Of a stretch of DNA of 64,000 nt, positions 52,439-63,398 are shown one piece after another. The stretch covers positions 27,670 to 91,669 of the forward strand of contig CAJLGW010000001.1 of NCBI GenBank assembly GCA_905206345.1. The letters are read 5' to 3'. Numbering within the stretch: position 1 is the stretch's first letter; each line of letters starts with the position of its first letter. The DNA comes from an uncultured Sutterella sp. GTDB lineage: Bacteria; Pseudomonadota; Gammaproteobacteria; Burkholderiales; Burkholderiaceae_F. Below the pieces are notes generated by a model. The model did no database searches. It had not been told where the DNA came from and worked only from the letters and a program-made list of their open reading frames with translations. The translations under genes and the position numbers were made by a program.

Positions 52439-53341
52439 TTAGGCCTTACGTTGTCCAGCAATACACACCCAACCGTCTTGTTCTTTCCAGACAGAAAGTT
52501 CAACACGAGGATCGTGCTCACGATAAACGGCAATGACCTCTTCGGCTTGACGGGCTAAAACACCAGACAATACCAAGTGACCACCAACATTGACACGAGC
52601 TAACAAGGCCGGAGCCAAGAGCTTGAGCGGGTTAGAAAGGATGTTGGCAACAACAACGTCAAACGTGCCTTCGGGCATTTCGTCCGGAAGCACGAATTGA
52701 GCAGGGGCTTCATTGGCTTGGCTGTTAATTTGAGCAGCTTCAACCGCTTGCGGATCGATGTCAGTACCCCAAACGCGCTCAGCACCGAGCTTACGAGCGG
52801 CAATGGCCAAAATCCCTGTGCCGCAACCGTAATCCAAAACGGTTTGATGGGCTTGAATATGACTATCTAACCATTGAAGACAAAGGTGCGTCGTCGGGTG
52901 AGAACCCGTGCCAAAGGCAACACCTGGGTCTAAACGGATGTTGATGGCCGTGTCGCCTGCCGGCGGTTCATGCCACGTCGGCACAATCCAGAGGCGATCA
53001 GAGACTTTAACGGGTTGGAATTGAGCCTGAGTGATACGCACCCAGTCAGCGTCTTCGACCGTTTCATCTTTGATGATTTGCGGCGTTTCGATATTTAAGG
53101 CTTTGGCCACAATGGCTAAGTCCAAATCAAACGCAAAATCGTCATCAACCAACACCTTCAAAAAGGAGTTTTTCCAGGCCATGGGAGCGGGCTCCATACC
53201 CGGTTCGCCATAAAGGGGTTGTTCATCAGGCGTATCAGCGTCAGCGTCTTCGATACTAACCGACAAAGCGCCGGCGTCCATCAAAGCGTCACCCAACACA
53301 TCCGTTGCTTTTTCACTGACCAAAAGAGTAATTTCGCGCAT
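52439..53341 (-). CDS. prmA: Ribosomal protein L11 methyltransferase
   Basis: DPGVAFGTGSHPTT, LDYGCGTG, ANIL. Confidence 0.96.
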   Translation of the reverse strand: MREITLLVSEKATDVLGDALMDAGALSVSIEDADADTPDEQPLYGEPGMEPAPMAWKNSFLKVLVDDDFAFDLDLAIVAKALNIETPQIIKDETVEDADWVRITQAQFQPVKVSDRLWIVPTWHEPPAGDTAINIRLDPGVAFGTGSHPTTHLCLQWLDSHIQAHQTVLDYGCGTGILAIAARKLGAERVWGTDIDPQAVEAAQINSQANEAPAQFVLPDEMPEGTFDVVVANILSNPLKLLAPALLARVNVGGHLVLSGVLARQAEEVIAVYREHDPRVELSVWKEQDGWVCIAGQRKA

Positions 53342-54717
53342 TAGATTCCCTCTTCATGCGTTTTGCGTTGATTCTTCAAATCTTGAAGACGTTCTTCTAA
53401 ATAGTGAATGCTCGTACCACCTTGACGGAACTTACTGTCAGATAAGATTTCACGGTGCAAGGGAAGGTTTGTCTTAATGCCGGAGACCACCATTTCGGAC
53501 AAAGCAATCTTCATGCGAGCAATGGCCGTTTCACGGGTATCACCATAAGCGATTAATTTACCGATCATGGAGTCATAGTAGGGCGGCACAAAGTAGTCGG
53601 CGTACACATGGCTATCAAAACGAATGCCAGGGCCACCCGGCGTATGCCAAGCCGTTACACGACCAGGAGACGGGATAAACGTAAACGGATCTTCAGCATT
53701 AATACGGCACTCAATGGCGTGACCGCGCAAATTAATATCGCGTTGACGGTAATTCAAACGTTCACCGTAAGCTACGCGAATTTGTTCGCGAACCAAGTCA
53801 ATGCCGGTAATCAATTCCGTGACAGGATGTTCGACCTGAATACGGGTATTCATTTCAATGAAATAGAATTGGCCGTTTTCGTACAAGAATTCAAACGTAC
53901 CTGCACCGCGATAGCCGATGCGCTTACAAGCTTCAACGCAACGTTCACCGACCTTCTCGATTTGTTTGCGATCAATGCCAGGAGCCGGGGCTTCTTCTAA
54001 AACCTTTTGGTTGCGACGTTGCATGGAGCAGTCGCGTTCACCAAGGTAGATGGCATTGTGGAAATTATCGGCGAGCACTTGAATTTCAATGTGACGCGGA
54101 TTTTCCAAGAATTTTTCCATGTAAACGGTCGGGTTGCCGAAGGCGACTTGAGCTTCTTGCTTGGTCATGGAAACAGCATTAATCAATGCGGCTTCCGTAC
54201 GAACAACGCGCATACCGCGACCACCGCCGCCACCACTGGCTTTGATGATGACCGGGTAACCGATCTTGCGAGCGATTTTTAAGATTTCTTCCGGATCTTC
54301 GGGTAAGGCACCGTCAGAACCCGGCACACAGGGGACGCCTGCCGCCAACATGGCTTGCTTGGCAGAAACCTTGTCACCCATGATGCGAATGGAGTCAGGA
54401 CGAGGGCCAATAAAGGCAAAGCCAGACTTTTCCACGCGTTCGGCAAAGTCGGCATTTTCTGACAAGAAACCGTAACCGGGGTGAATAGCTTCAGCGTCCG
54501 TTACTTCAGCTGCGCTGATAATGGCAGGAATATTCAAGTAACTGTCAACTGATGAAGCCGGACCGATACAGACACTTTCGTCGGCAAGTCGCACATACTT
54601 CGCATCCACGTCAGCCGTGGAGTGGACGACAACGGTACGGATGCCCATCTCACGGCAAGCGCGCTGAATACGCAACGCAATCTCACCGCGGTTGGCAATA
54701 AGAATTTTTCCAAACAT
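53341..54717 (-). CDS. accC: Acetyl-CoA carboxylase, biotin carboxylase
   Basis: [24 protein letters not shown]. Confidence 0.97.
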   Translation of the reverse strand: MFGKILIANRGEIALRIQRACREMGIRTVVVHSTADVDAKYVRLADESVCIGPASSVDSYLNIPAIISAAEVTDAEAIHPGYGFLSENADFAERVEKSGFAFIGPRPDSIRIMGDKVSAKQAMLAAGVPCVPGSDGALPEDPEEILKIARKIGYPVIIKASGGGGGRGMRVVRTEAALINAVSMTKQEAQVAFGNPTVYMEKFLENPRHIEIQVLADNFHNAIYLGERDCSMQRRNQKVLEEAPAPGIDRKQIEKVGERCVEACKRIGYRGAGTFEFLYENGQFYFIEMNTRIQVEHPVTELITGIDLVREQIRVAYGERLNYRQRDINLRGHAIECRINAEDPFTFIPSPGRVTAWHTPGGPGIRFDSHVYADYFVPPYYDSMIGKLIAYGDTRETAIARMKIALSEMVVSGIKTNLPLHREILSDSKFRQGGTSIHYLEERLQDLKNQRKTHEEGI

Positions 54718-54725
54718 AGGATGCT

Positions 54726-55184
54726 CTATCCGATGATAAACAGAGGTTGACCGAATTCAACAGGTTGAGCGTTGTCAACCAAGATTTCTTTGATCGTGCC
54801 CGACGTTTCGGCTTCGATTTCATTGAGTAACTTCATGGCTTCAATGATGCACAACGTTTGGCCTGCTTCAACCTTGTCACCGACCTTCACAAAAGGCTCG
54901 GCACCCGGGTTCGGGGAACGATAGAACGTGCCAACCATCGGAGAGGTCACGGTCGTGCCTTCGACAACATGTTCTTCAGCAGCTGCAGGAGTGGCTTGAA
55001 CGCTCGGGGCTGCGGGAGCAGCAACTGGGGCAGCAACGGGAGCGGCCACAACAGGAGCCGCGACGGCTACGGTTTGAACTTTATTGACAATGCGAACCTT
55101 GTCGTTTTCTTCGGTGACTTCCAATTCAGAAATGCCACTTTCAGCGACCAAGTCGATCAGGGTCTTAAGTTTACGTAAATCCAT
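54726..55184 (-). CDS. accB: Biotin carboxyl carrier protein
   Basis: MDLRKLK start, A/P-rich linker, EAMK biotinylation site. Confidence 0.97.
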   Translation of the reverse strand: MDLRKLKTLIDLVAESGISELEVTEENDKVRIVNKVQTVAVAAPVVAAPVAAPVAAPAAPSVQATPAAAEEHVVEGTTVTSPMVGTFYRSPNPGAEPFVKVGDKVEAGQTLCIIEAMKLLNEIEAETSGTIKEILVDNAQPVEFGQPLFIIG

Positions 55185-55400
55185 TTGATATCCCTCTTTA
55201 GTTATTTGGTCGTTTCTCCCATCAGATGATATTTGTGGGAAAACGCTCATTTATTCTGCATTCTCAGGCATTTTCGGTTAAATGTCTAGAAAAATGCGCT
55301 AATTTTTACGATTTTTTCATGTTTTGTGTCACGTAAACAGGTTAGTCCTGTTGGAGGGTAGGTATAAAAATGAGGGAGAGTAAATTTGGAAGATCGAAGC

Positions 55401-55425
55401 AGTAAGGGCCAAAATGGCCCTTACT
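55401..55425 (-). terminator. Hairpin after the AIM24 gene
   Basis: AGTAAGGGCCA-aaa-TGGCCCTTACT. Confidence 0.55.
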
Positions 55426-55433
55426 GTTATGAA

Positions 55434-56150
55434 TTAGTCGTTTTTAACAGTTTTGTCTGCAGGGACGTTATCAAAGACCCAATTAAGGAATCCGCCACGA
55501 TTTCGGGAGCAGACATAGACTTTACCTTCGCCTTTGAACTCTAAGACGATGCCTTCACCGGTTGTTTGGCTATTGACCAATGTACCAAAAAGACCGGATT
55601 TGCCCGTATTCATACTCAATTCGTATTTGAGGTTGGTGTCCCAAGCGACCAAATGACCATTATCGACAAAAAGGGATTGACCAGGGTGAACCTCGAGTTC
55701 ACGCATCGAACCGAAGCCAGAGATAGCCAATTGCCCTTTACCTTCGGTGCCCATCACGAAAAAGCCACCGGAGTTACCCAATAACGAGCGACCTATCCCT
55801 TGGTATTTGGAGGACAACTCAACGTCTTCGGTACAAGCCAGAAAAGCACCATCGGTGATCATGTATTGCTTTTCACCCACGTCCAAAATGCGAATATCAC
55901 CCGGAATGTTGGGGGCGAGAAGGATTTTTCCGTTACCGTCTTCTGCTTCAATGCTTTGTTGGAAGAAAGATTCATCATTGAGAATTTTTCTACCGATCGA
56001 ACCCAATAAACCTCCTCGAGTCTTACCTTTTAATTTGAGAGTGCTGTCCATCGCAACCATTGCGTTGGACTCGGCAAGGAGTTTGTCGCCTTCTTCTAAT
56101 TGACAAGCCAAGAGCGGGTCAACACTACCGGTAATTTCAAAACGGATCAT
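55434..56150 (-). CDS. TIGR00266/AIM24 family protein
   Basis: AESNAMV, ESFFQ, APNIPGD, VDNGHLVAW, TGEGIV. Confidence 0.88.
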   Translation of the reverse strand: MIRFEITGSVDPLLACQLEEGDKLLAESNAMVAMDSTLKLKGKTRGGLLGSIGRKILNDESFFQQSIEAEDGNGKILLAPNIPGDIRILDVGEKQYMITDGAFLACTEDVELSSKYQGIGRSLLGNSGGFFVMGTEGKGQLAISGFGSMRELEVHPGQSLFVDNGHLVAWDTNLKYELSMNTGKSGLFGTLVNSQTTGEGIVLEFKGEGKVYVCSRNRGGFLNWVFDNVPADKTVKND

Positions 56151-56348
56151 TGTCACTTTCCTCAAATAGATGTCAATAACAAAATGATAGCGAATTGAAA
56201 TTCTTTGTCTTGGGAAAATATCGGGGAAAACTCTGGAAAAGGTGTCTTTTTGTAAGAAAAACAAAGAGAAATTGTACGAAGCATCGAAAAAAGAGTACAC
56301 CTATCAGTTAAAATCTATTTCTTTATGGTCTTGCAAAGAGATTGCGTC

Positions 56349-57686
56349 ATGCACATTCATATTTTGGGAATTTGCGGCACCTTCATGGGAGGTGTTGCAC
56401 AACTGGCTCAAGCAGCTGGTCATCGCGTTACCGGATGTGATGCGAACGTGTATCCGCCGATGAGCGATCAACTCACCAATGCCGGAATTGAATTAATCGA
56501 AGGCTATGACGTTGATCAGTTGGCCTTAAAGCCCGATATGTTTGTCATCGGTAATGCCATCTCTCGTGGCAATCCTTTATTAGAAGCCATTTTAGATGAG
56601 GGTCTTCCTTATACATCCGGTCCCCAATGGTTAGGTGAACATGTTTTGTGTGGTCGACACGTTTTGGCGGTAGCGGGTACTCACGGTAAGACCACAACGT
56701 CTTCGCTTTTGACTTGGATTTTGGAGTACGCTGGATTAAACCCAAGTTTTTTAATTGGTGGAGTTCCCTCAAACTTTGATCATTCCGCTCGATTGACGGA
56801 TTCACGCTACTTCGTTATTGAAGCCGATGAGTATGACACATGCTTTTTCGATAAGCGATCAAAGTTTGTTCACTACCGTCCCAAAACGGCTATTCTCAAT
56901 AATCTTGAGTATGACCATGCTGACATTTTCCCGAATTTGGAAGCCATTGAAACGCAGTTTCATCATTTAGTGCGAACAATGTCACATAACGCTTTGGTGG
57001 TTGTTAATGACGATTGTGAAGCTTTGCATCGTGTTTTAGACAGAGGTCTTTATAGTGATTTGGCTTACTTTAACAGTGTAGACGGCTGGCACCTTCAAAA
57101 GGATTGTGTTTATTTCAAAGATCAGTGTATAGGCACTCTTCATATGACTCTGGCAGGCCATCATAACCAACTGAATGCCTTGGCTGCAATGGTCGCCGCA
57201 ACGCACGTCGGTGTTGATCCTAAGTTTTCGCTCGAGGCTTTAAGGGCCTTTTCTGGTGTTAAGCGTCGCATGGAAGTTAAGGGCTGTGAGCGTGGCGTGA
57301 CGGTGATTGATGACTTTGCACATCATCCGACCGCTATTGTCGAAACATTGGCTGCCTTAAGAGGCCAAATTGGTTCGGATAAACGCATCATTGCTGTGAT
57401 TGAGCCTCGCAGTAATACGATGAAAATGGGAACGATGAAAGATCGTCTTGCGGATAGTTTGAAGGGAGCCGATGAAGTGGTTTGCTACGCCGCTCCATCT
57501 TTGGGGTGGGATGTAGAGGCAGCTCTTAGTTCTTTAGGGAAAAAATCACACGTGAAGCATGACTTGGAAGAAGTCGTGAAGACGGTTGTTGGTATGGCTC
57601 ATCCTGAAGACTTTGTTTTGGTGATGAGTAATGGCGGTTTCGGTGGTATTCACGGCAAACTTTTGTCTGCGTTAAAGGGTGCCTAA
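56349..57686 (+). CDS. mpl: Murein peptide ligase
   Basis: MHIHILGICGTFMGG, EADEYD, DDFAHHP, MSNGGFGG. Confidence 0.96.
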   Translation: MHIHILGICGTFMGGVAQLAQAAGHRVTGCDANVYPPMSDQLTNAGIELIEGYDVDQLALKPDMFVIGNAISRGNPLLEAILDEGLPYTSGPQWLGEHVLCGRHVLAVAGTHGKTTTSSLLTWILEYAGLNPSFLIGGVPSNFDHSARLTDSRYFVIEADEYDTCFFDKRSKFVHYRPKTAILNNLEYDHADIFPNLEAIETQFHHLVRTMSHNALVVVNDDCEALHRVLDRGLYSDLAYFNSVDGWHLQKDCVYFKDQCIGTLHMTLAGHHNQLNALAAMVAATHVGVDPKFSLEALRAFSGVKRRMEVKGCERGVTVIDDFAHHPTAIVETLAALRGQIGSDKRIIAVIEPRSNTMKMGTMKDRLADSLKGADEVVCYAAPSLGWDVEAALSSLGKKSHVKHDLEEVVKTVVGMAHPEDFVLVMSNGGFGGIHGKLLSALKGA

Positions 57687-58243
57687 TGGTCGTTATTTAT
57701 TTACACGGATTTCGTTCCTCACCGGCGAGTAAAAAAGGGCAAATTTTAAAAAAGGCCTTTTCTACCAATGATGGGTTTAGAGCTCCTGATTTAAACGTTG
57801 GCCCGCTTGAAGCGCAAAAGATTATGTTGGATGTCGTGAAAGATTTGGATCCAAAAGACATCTGTTTGGTGGGTTCGAGTCTCGGTGGGTTTTATGCAAC
57901 TTGGTTAGCTGAGAGAATCGGTTGCAAGGCGGTGTTATTGAACCCAGCAACGGAACCTTGGTCTGTGATTAATGATTATTTGGGCGTTCAAACGATCAAC
58001 AATACAGATCGCACAATTGATGTGAAGCCTGAGTTTGCAGATCAGGCTCGTGAGATGGCTGTCGATGCGACAAACCCTCAACGCTATTTGGTCTTTTTGT
58101 CAACGGCCGATGAAGTGTTGGATTGGACTAAGGGGCGTGATAAGTTCAGCCATTGTGAACAGATTATTTTGAATGGTAACACCCATGAAATTGAAAATTT
58201 CGAAACGTGTTTACCAGCAATTGAAAACTTTTTGAAAGACTAG
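57686..58243 (+). CDS. YqiA-like esterase
   Basis: YLHGFRSS, GSSLGG, DEVLD, terminal His. Confidence 0.9.
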   Translation: MVVIYLHGFRSSPASKKGQILKKAFSTNDGFRAPDLNVGPLEAQKIMLDVVKDLDPKDICLVGSSLGGFYATWLAERIGCKAVLLNPATEPWSVINDYLGVQTINNTDRTIDVKPEFADQAREMAVDATNPQRYLVFLSTADEVLDWTKGRDKFSHCEQIILNGNTHEIENFETCLPAIENFLKD

Positions 58244-58245
58244 AA

Positions 58246-58845
58246 ATGGAACATACCTTTTTCTCGGCTTTGCTGTTGATGTTTTTAATGGCAGACCCAT
58301 TGGGCAACATTCCGCTATTTATTGCCTCTTTGCGACAAGTACCGATTAAGCGTCGCAAGGTAATTATTATCCGAGAATGTTGCATTGCTGCTGCGGTTTT
58401 GTGTGTTTTTGCCTTTGTTGGCAAACCCTTTCTTGATACATTGGGATTAAGTCAAGCTGCTTTGTCTATCGGTGGTGGTCTAGTTGTTTTGTTGATGGCT
58501 ATCCGTATGGTTTTCCCGTCAAAGGAAGGTGTTTTCGGTGAGTCACCGTCAGGAGAGCCTTTCATTGTGCCTTTGGCTGTTCCAGCCTTGGCAGGGCCTT
58601 CAACATTAGCTTCTGTTTTGGTTTTGGTTGGTGGTAATCCCGAACGCATGCTTGAGTGGTTAGGCGTGGTTTTGTTAACCATGTTTGCAAGTGCTGTGAT
58701 TTTGATTTTTGCCGATCGCATTCAACAATTGCTCGGTGAAAGAACGACGGCTGCTTTTGAACGTTTAATGGGTTTGATCTTGGCGACCATGGCCGTACAG
58801 ATGTTCTTGGGCGGCATTACTTCATTTGTTAAGACGACATTTTAG
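58246..58845 (+). CDS. MarC family membrane protein
   Basis: DPLGNIP, IVPLAVPALAGP, ERLMG. Confidence 0.92.
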   Translation: MEHTFFSALLLMFLMADPLGNIPLFIASLRQVPIKRRKVIIIRECCIAAAVLCVFAFVGKPFLDTLGLSQAALSIGGGLVVLLMAIRMVFPSKEGVFGESPSGEPFIVPLAVPALAGPSTLASVLVLVGGNPERMLEWLGVVLLTMFASAVILIFADRIQQLLGERTTAAFERLMGLILATMAVQMFLGGITSFVKTTF

Positions 58846-58856
58846 GGTTATTAAAT

Positions 58857-60818
58857 ATGTATATTTTTTTCGAAGAAGATGGCACTTTCAAAGCAGGGAC
58901 AATCTTGTCTCAAAACGGTAATGCCTATCAGGTCGAATTAACGACGGGTCGTCGCACGAAAGTAAAGGGCGGTCATACTTTTTTTACTTTCGAATCGCCC
59001 GCGGCCTCAGAAGTGATTCCCGCTGCGCAAGCTATTACGGGAGACGTGGATAAGCAATTTTTGTGGGAAGTGGCCCCCGAAGGTGAATTCCAATTTGAAG
59101 CTTTAGCAAAAGAATATTTTGGTGAAAACGCCAGTGTTGTTGAACGTGTTGCGACTTTGTTGGTTTTGCATGAAAACCCTGTTTACTTCCATCGTAAAGG
59201 CAGAGGCAATTACCGTAAGGCGCCGGAAGAGATTTTAAAAGTTGCCTTGGCGGCGTTAGAGAAAAAACGTTTGCAAGAAGAGCAAAAGAAGGCATGGGTT
59301 CGTCAAATGGTCGATGAACATACCGTGCCCAAGGAAATTGCAGCTCAAGCCATTTCTTTAGTTATTAATCCTGACAAAAACAGCATGCTATGGAAGGCTT
59401 TATCGGATGCCTCGAGCGAAATGCATTTGCCGCCTTTGCGCTTATTGATTCAGTTAGGGGCAATTCCCACGGCTTATCGTTGGCATGTTGATAGTTTCTA
59501 TGCTCAGTATTTCCCGAAAGGAAAGGGTTTTCCTTCTAATTTGAGTGAACCCGATGAGGCAAGTTGGACTCAATTGCCGTTAGCCAGTGTTGAAGCGTTC
59601 TCTATTGATGACTCTTCGACCACTGAGATTGATGACGCAATGAGTGTAGATCATGTCGATGACAAACTCTTGCGAATTGGTATTCACATTGCTGCACCGA
59701 GTTTGGGGATTGAAAGAGATTCTGATATTGACCAAGTGGCTCGTGCTCGCTTGTCAACCGTGTATGCTCCCGGCATTAAAACGACCATGATGCCCGATAC
59801 GTGGTTTAAGTCTTTTTCTTTAGATGTCGGTCGTGAAGTCCCCTGCTTGTCACTTTACGCTTTGGTGGATAAGGACTCGTTAGAGGTTCAGGCAACGGAA
59901 ACTCACCTTGAACGCATTAGTGTTAAAGAAAATATCCGTTATGACGTCATCGAAGATGAGTTCTCCGAAGAGAAACTTTTAGCCGGTACAGTTAACCATA
60001 GCTTCTCCCAAGAGATTACGTGGTTGTGGAAATTTGCCAAGAAGTGCTTAGCCGATCGTGAAGTAGTTCGAGGTCGCCCTGAAATCATCGGACGCCTCGA
60101 ATGGAGTTTTGATTTGGACGGCGAAGGCGAAAATGCCACCATTCGCTTGAAGTCTCGTCGTCGAGGCTCTCCCTTGGATTTGGCAGTCGGCGAATTGATG
60201 ATTTTTGCCAATAGCGTCTGGGGTGGCTGGCTCGAAGAAATGGGCGTAGCGGGGATCTATCGCTCTCAAAGCATGGGACGCGTCAAAATGAGTACGACAC
60301 CGGGATCGCATGACGGCATTGGTGTTGCCCAGTACGCTTGGTGTACATCTCCTCTTCGTCGCTATGTGGACTTGGTAAATCAACGTCAATTGATCAGTGC
60401 TGTTCAGGACACAGAAGCTTGCTACCGCCCGAGTGATACGGATCTTTTTACGATTGTGGCTAATTTCACAACGGTTTATGGTGCCTATTCCGACTTCCAA
60501 CGCAAGATGGAACGTTTTTGGAGTTTGCGATGGATTGAGCAAGAAGGCTACAAAACGATCGAAGCCGTCGTGGTCAAGGGTGAATTGATTCGCATTGAAG
60601 GGCTACCTTTTACGCAACGTATGCCGGGGTTGCCGGAGTTGCCTCGCGGTCAGAAGATTTTGCTCGATGTGTTGGGCGTTGACTACGTCGATGTATTGCT
60701 TGATGCAAGACTTCGTGAAGTGTTGAACGAGACGGACGAAGAGTCGCTTGACGATGCAGAGGATTTGCAGGAACTTCAAAACGAAGAAACTGCGCAAGAA
60801 CCCGCTCAAACAGCCTAA
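58857..60818 (+). CDS. RNB-domain ribonuclease (RNase II family)
   Basis: SIDDSSTTEIDDA, TSPLRRYVDL. Confidence 0.92.
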   Translation: MYIFFEEDGTFKAGTILSQNGNAYQVELTTGRRTKVKGGHTFFTFESPAASEVIPAAQAITGDVDKQFLWEVAPEGEFQFEALAKEYFGENASVVERVATLLVLHENPVYFHRKGRGNYRKAPEEILKVALAALEKKRLQEEQKKAWVRQMVDEHTVPKEIAAQAISLVINPDKNSMLWKALSDASSEMHLPPLRLLIQLGAIPTAYRWHVDSFYAQYFPKGKGFPSNLSEPDEASWTQLPLASVEAFSIDDSSTTEIDDAMSVDHVDDKLLRIGIHIAAPSLGIERDSDIDQVARARLSTVYAPGIKTTMMPDTWFKSFSLDVGREVPCLSLYALVDKDSLEVQATETHLERISVKENIRYDVIEDEFSEEKLLAGTVNHSFSQEITWLWKFAKKCLADREVVRGRPEIIGRLEWSFDLDGEGENATIRLKSRRRGSPLDLAVGELMIFANSVWGGWLEEMGVAGIYRSQSMGRVKMSTTPGSHDGIGVAQYAWCTSPLRRYVDLVNQRQLISAVQDTEACYRPSDTDLFTIVANFTTVYGAYSDFQRKMERFWSLRWIEQEGYKTIEAVVVKGELIRIEGLPFTQRMPGLPELPRGQKILLDVLGVDYVDVLLDARLREVLNETDEESLDDAEDLQELQNEETAQEPAQTA

Positions 60819-60938
60819 TGTAACATCCTTCAAGAAGGTCCTAGTGGTACAATGCTAGGGCCTTAGAGATATCTCCGCGAAAGTCATCTTTCGTGAGAGA
60901 CAGTTTTTTGAACTTTTTTTTTGTGACGAGGTGCGCCG

Positions 60939-62447
60939 ATGCCTATGGACATGCGAGACACCGACAACCGATTGGAGGCAGCATCTTTCGAGGATGCTTC
61001 CTTGGCTCGTGAGCCTGAGCTTGCGAGTCGTGCCCTCGCTCGCATTCAGCAATGCATCGATAAAGCGGAAGACCAACGTCGCAAAATTACCGCTACCGGT
61101 GCCCTTTCCACGGATCAGGAAAGCATTATTCGTAATGGCCTTTCCGTTCAAGTCAAGGCAGAAATTGCCAAGATTCTAGAACCTCTTCACCCTGCAGACG
61201 TCGCTTACATTTTGGAAGCTCTTCCGAACGATGAGCGTATGATCGTTTGGGAATTGGTGCAAGCCAATCAAGACGGGGAAGTGTTGGTCGAGGTTAACGA
61301 AGGGGTTCGTGAAACGTTGATTGACGCCATGGATCGCGACGAGTTGGTCGACGCTATGGAAACGTTGGATACCGACGAAATCGCTGACTTGGTGGAAGAC
61401 TTGCCACCTGATGTGGTTGCAGAAGTTCAAGAAGGTTTGACAACGAAGGAGCGCGCACAGTTGCGCGCGGCCATGAGTTACCCAGAAGAAAGTGTGGGTG
61501 CTCGTATGGACTTCGAAGTTGTCTCCGTTCGAGAAGAGGCAAACCTTGAAACCGTCTTGCGTTATTTGCGCAGTTTTGAGGAATTGCCCGAACTCACCGA
61601 TATGATCTTTGTGATCGATCGTCATCAAAAACTCAAAGGTGTTTTGCCTGTTTCTAAGATCATTGTCAGTGACCCGGAACGCACCGTTATTGAGTTGATG
61701 CAAACGGACGTTTTGACCTTAAATCCTTTGGATGAAGCCACAGACGCTGCACAAGCTTTCGAACGTTATGACTTGGTGAGCGCACCAGTGGTGGATGAAA
61801 CCGGTCGCTTGGTGGGTCGTTTGACGGTTGACGAAGTGATGGACGTGATTCGTGAGTCCAGTGAAGAAGATGCTTTGGCGGCCGTGGGTTTGACCGATGA
61901 GCAAGACTTGTTCGGTAGTATTTGGGAAACTGCAAAAAGCCGTTGGGTATGGTTGGGCGTAAACCTTTGTACGGCATTTTTTGCTTCCCGCGTCATTAAT
62001 GCTTTTGAAGGCACCATCTCTCAGGTTGTGGCCTTGGCAACGCTTTTGCCGATTGTGGCTGGCATGGCCGGTAATACCGGTAACCAAACGTTGACCTTGT
62101 TGGTTCGCTCTTTGGCCATGGGTCAAGTTAATACGGCTAACAAATTTGATCTCTTTAAAAAAGAATTATCGGTTGCCATCATCAACGGGATGTTGTGGGG
62201 CTTAATTGCCGGTGGTTTAGCTTGGCTTCTCTATGCCGATAGTGCCTACGGCATGAAGTTGGGTTTGGTGATGTTCTTAGCCATGATGCTCAATATCTTT
62301 GTTGGTGCTTTGGTGGGCTTGATTGTTCCGCTCACGCTTAAAAAATTGGACAGAGACCCTGCGATTGGGAGCTCCGTCCTTCTTACCTTTATCACCGATA
62401 GCGGTGGTTTCCTGATTTTCTTAGGGTTGGCAAAGTTCTTCTTCTAG
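60939..62447 (+). CDS. mgtE: Magnesium transporter MgtE
   Basis: MgtE N-domain (HPADVA), CBS pair, GNTGNQ, DPAIGS, TD motif. Confidence 0.95.
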   Translation: MPMDMRDTDNRLEAASFEDASLAREPELASRALARIQQCIDKAEDQRRKITATGALSTDQESIIRNGLSVQVKAEIAKILEPLHPADVAYILEALPNDERMIVWELVQANQDGEVLVEVNEGVRETLIDAMDRDELVDAMETLDTDEIADLVEDLPPDVVAEVQEGLTTKERAQLRAAMSYPEESVGARMDFEVVSVREEANLETVLRYLRSFEELPELTDMIFVIDRHQKLKGVLPVSKIIVSDPERTVIELMQTDVLTLNPLDEATDAAQAFERYDLVSAPVVDETGRLVGRLTVDEVMDVIRESSEEDALAAVGLTDEQDLFGSIWETAKSRWVWLGVNLCTAFFASRVINAFEGTISQVVALATLLPIVAGMAGNTGNQTLTLLVRSLAMGQVNTANKFDLFKKELSVAIINGMLWGLIAGGLAWLLYADSAYGMKLGLVMFLAMMLNIFVGALVGLIVPLTLKKLDRDPAIGSSVLLTFITDSGGFLIFLGLAKFFF

Positions 62448-63163
62448 CGGAAGTCGCCACTTTCCCATTGCGCAATACTTAAGGCCGTTAAGCCCGCCGT
62501 CTCCGTTCTCAGGACGCGTGGCCCCAATAGACAAGCATCAAAGCCCAATTCCACAGCAAGCGCAATTTCTTCGTCGCTAAAGCCACCTTCGGGGCCTACG
62601 GCAAAACAGACCGACTTTAACTGAGAAAAGGTTAATTTCTTTTGAGCACCAGGCGCCAAAATAACTTTTTGGTCTGCCTCAATACTTCGAAGAGCGCCCT
62701 CAAGTTTGGGTTGCCATTGAACACGAGGGAAGAAGCTTCTTCCGCATTGCTCACAAGCAGAAGCGACAGTCTTTTGCCATTGTTCAATACGCTTTTCTAG
62801 GCGCTTTTGATCCAACTTAGTGACCGAACGAGCAGCTGGCGTCACAATGATATCAGTGACACCTAACTCCGTTGCTTTTTCCAAAATCCAATCCAATTTT
62901 TCTTGACTGACCAACGACTGAATGAGCGTGGTCTGAATAGGGCTTTCCGTTTGGCTTTTCTGCACACTGAGAATTTCAGCATCGGTGCGATCGCTGAAAA
63001 AATGCAAGATGACATCGGCTTCGTGACCTCGACCGTCAAATATAACGGCACGATCGCCCTCACGCATACGTAAAACACGAGAAGCGTGGTGAGCAGGTTT
63101 TTCTGGCAACGTTAACGTTGTTTGCGGTTCAAAGGTGTCATCGACAAAAAAGCGTGGAGCCAT
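62444..63163 (-). CDS. rsmE: 16S rRNA m3U1498 methyltransferase
   Basis: EKATELG, CEQCGR, VGPEGG, LGPRVLRTETA. Confidence 0.95.
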   Translation of the reverse strand: MAPRFFVDDTFEPQTTLTLPEKPAHHASRVLRMREGDRAVIFDGRGHEADVILHFFSDRTDAEILSVQKSQTESPIQTTLIQSLVSQEKLDWILEKATELGVTDIIVTPAARSVTKLDQKRLEKRIEQWQKTVASACEQCGRSFFPRVQWQPKLEGALRSIEADQKVILAPGAQKKLTFSQLKSVCFAVGPEGGFSDEEIALAVELGFDACLLGPRVLRTETAGLTALSIAQWESGDFR

Positions 63164-63398
63164 AACGAATTCCTCAAAGACTGATGCAAATTGTAGCGAA
63201 AGTCTTCTTTGAGAAGATTTTTGCCCGAAAAAGTTGATGAAAAACACGTCATTTTTGAGAATTTTGCAATTTGTTGAGTTATGTAGTCTTTTGGGCTTGC
63301 AAAAAGGCAAAAACATCTGTCAAATCAAGTAAAATTTAATAGATTGAAGTTACCCGATCAGGGTGCTGTTTGTCTTTTTATTTTTTGGTAGAGAATCT

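Noticed and set aside
59595..59640. RNB active-site variant TTEIDDA as an inactive nuclease
   Set aside because: The other catalytic aspartates are retained and the change is a conservative D-to-E substitution.
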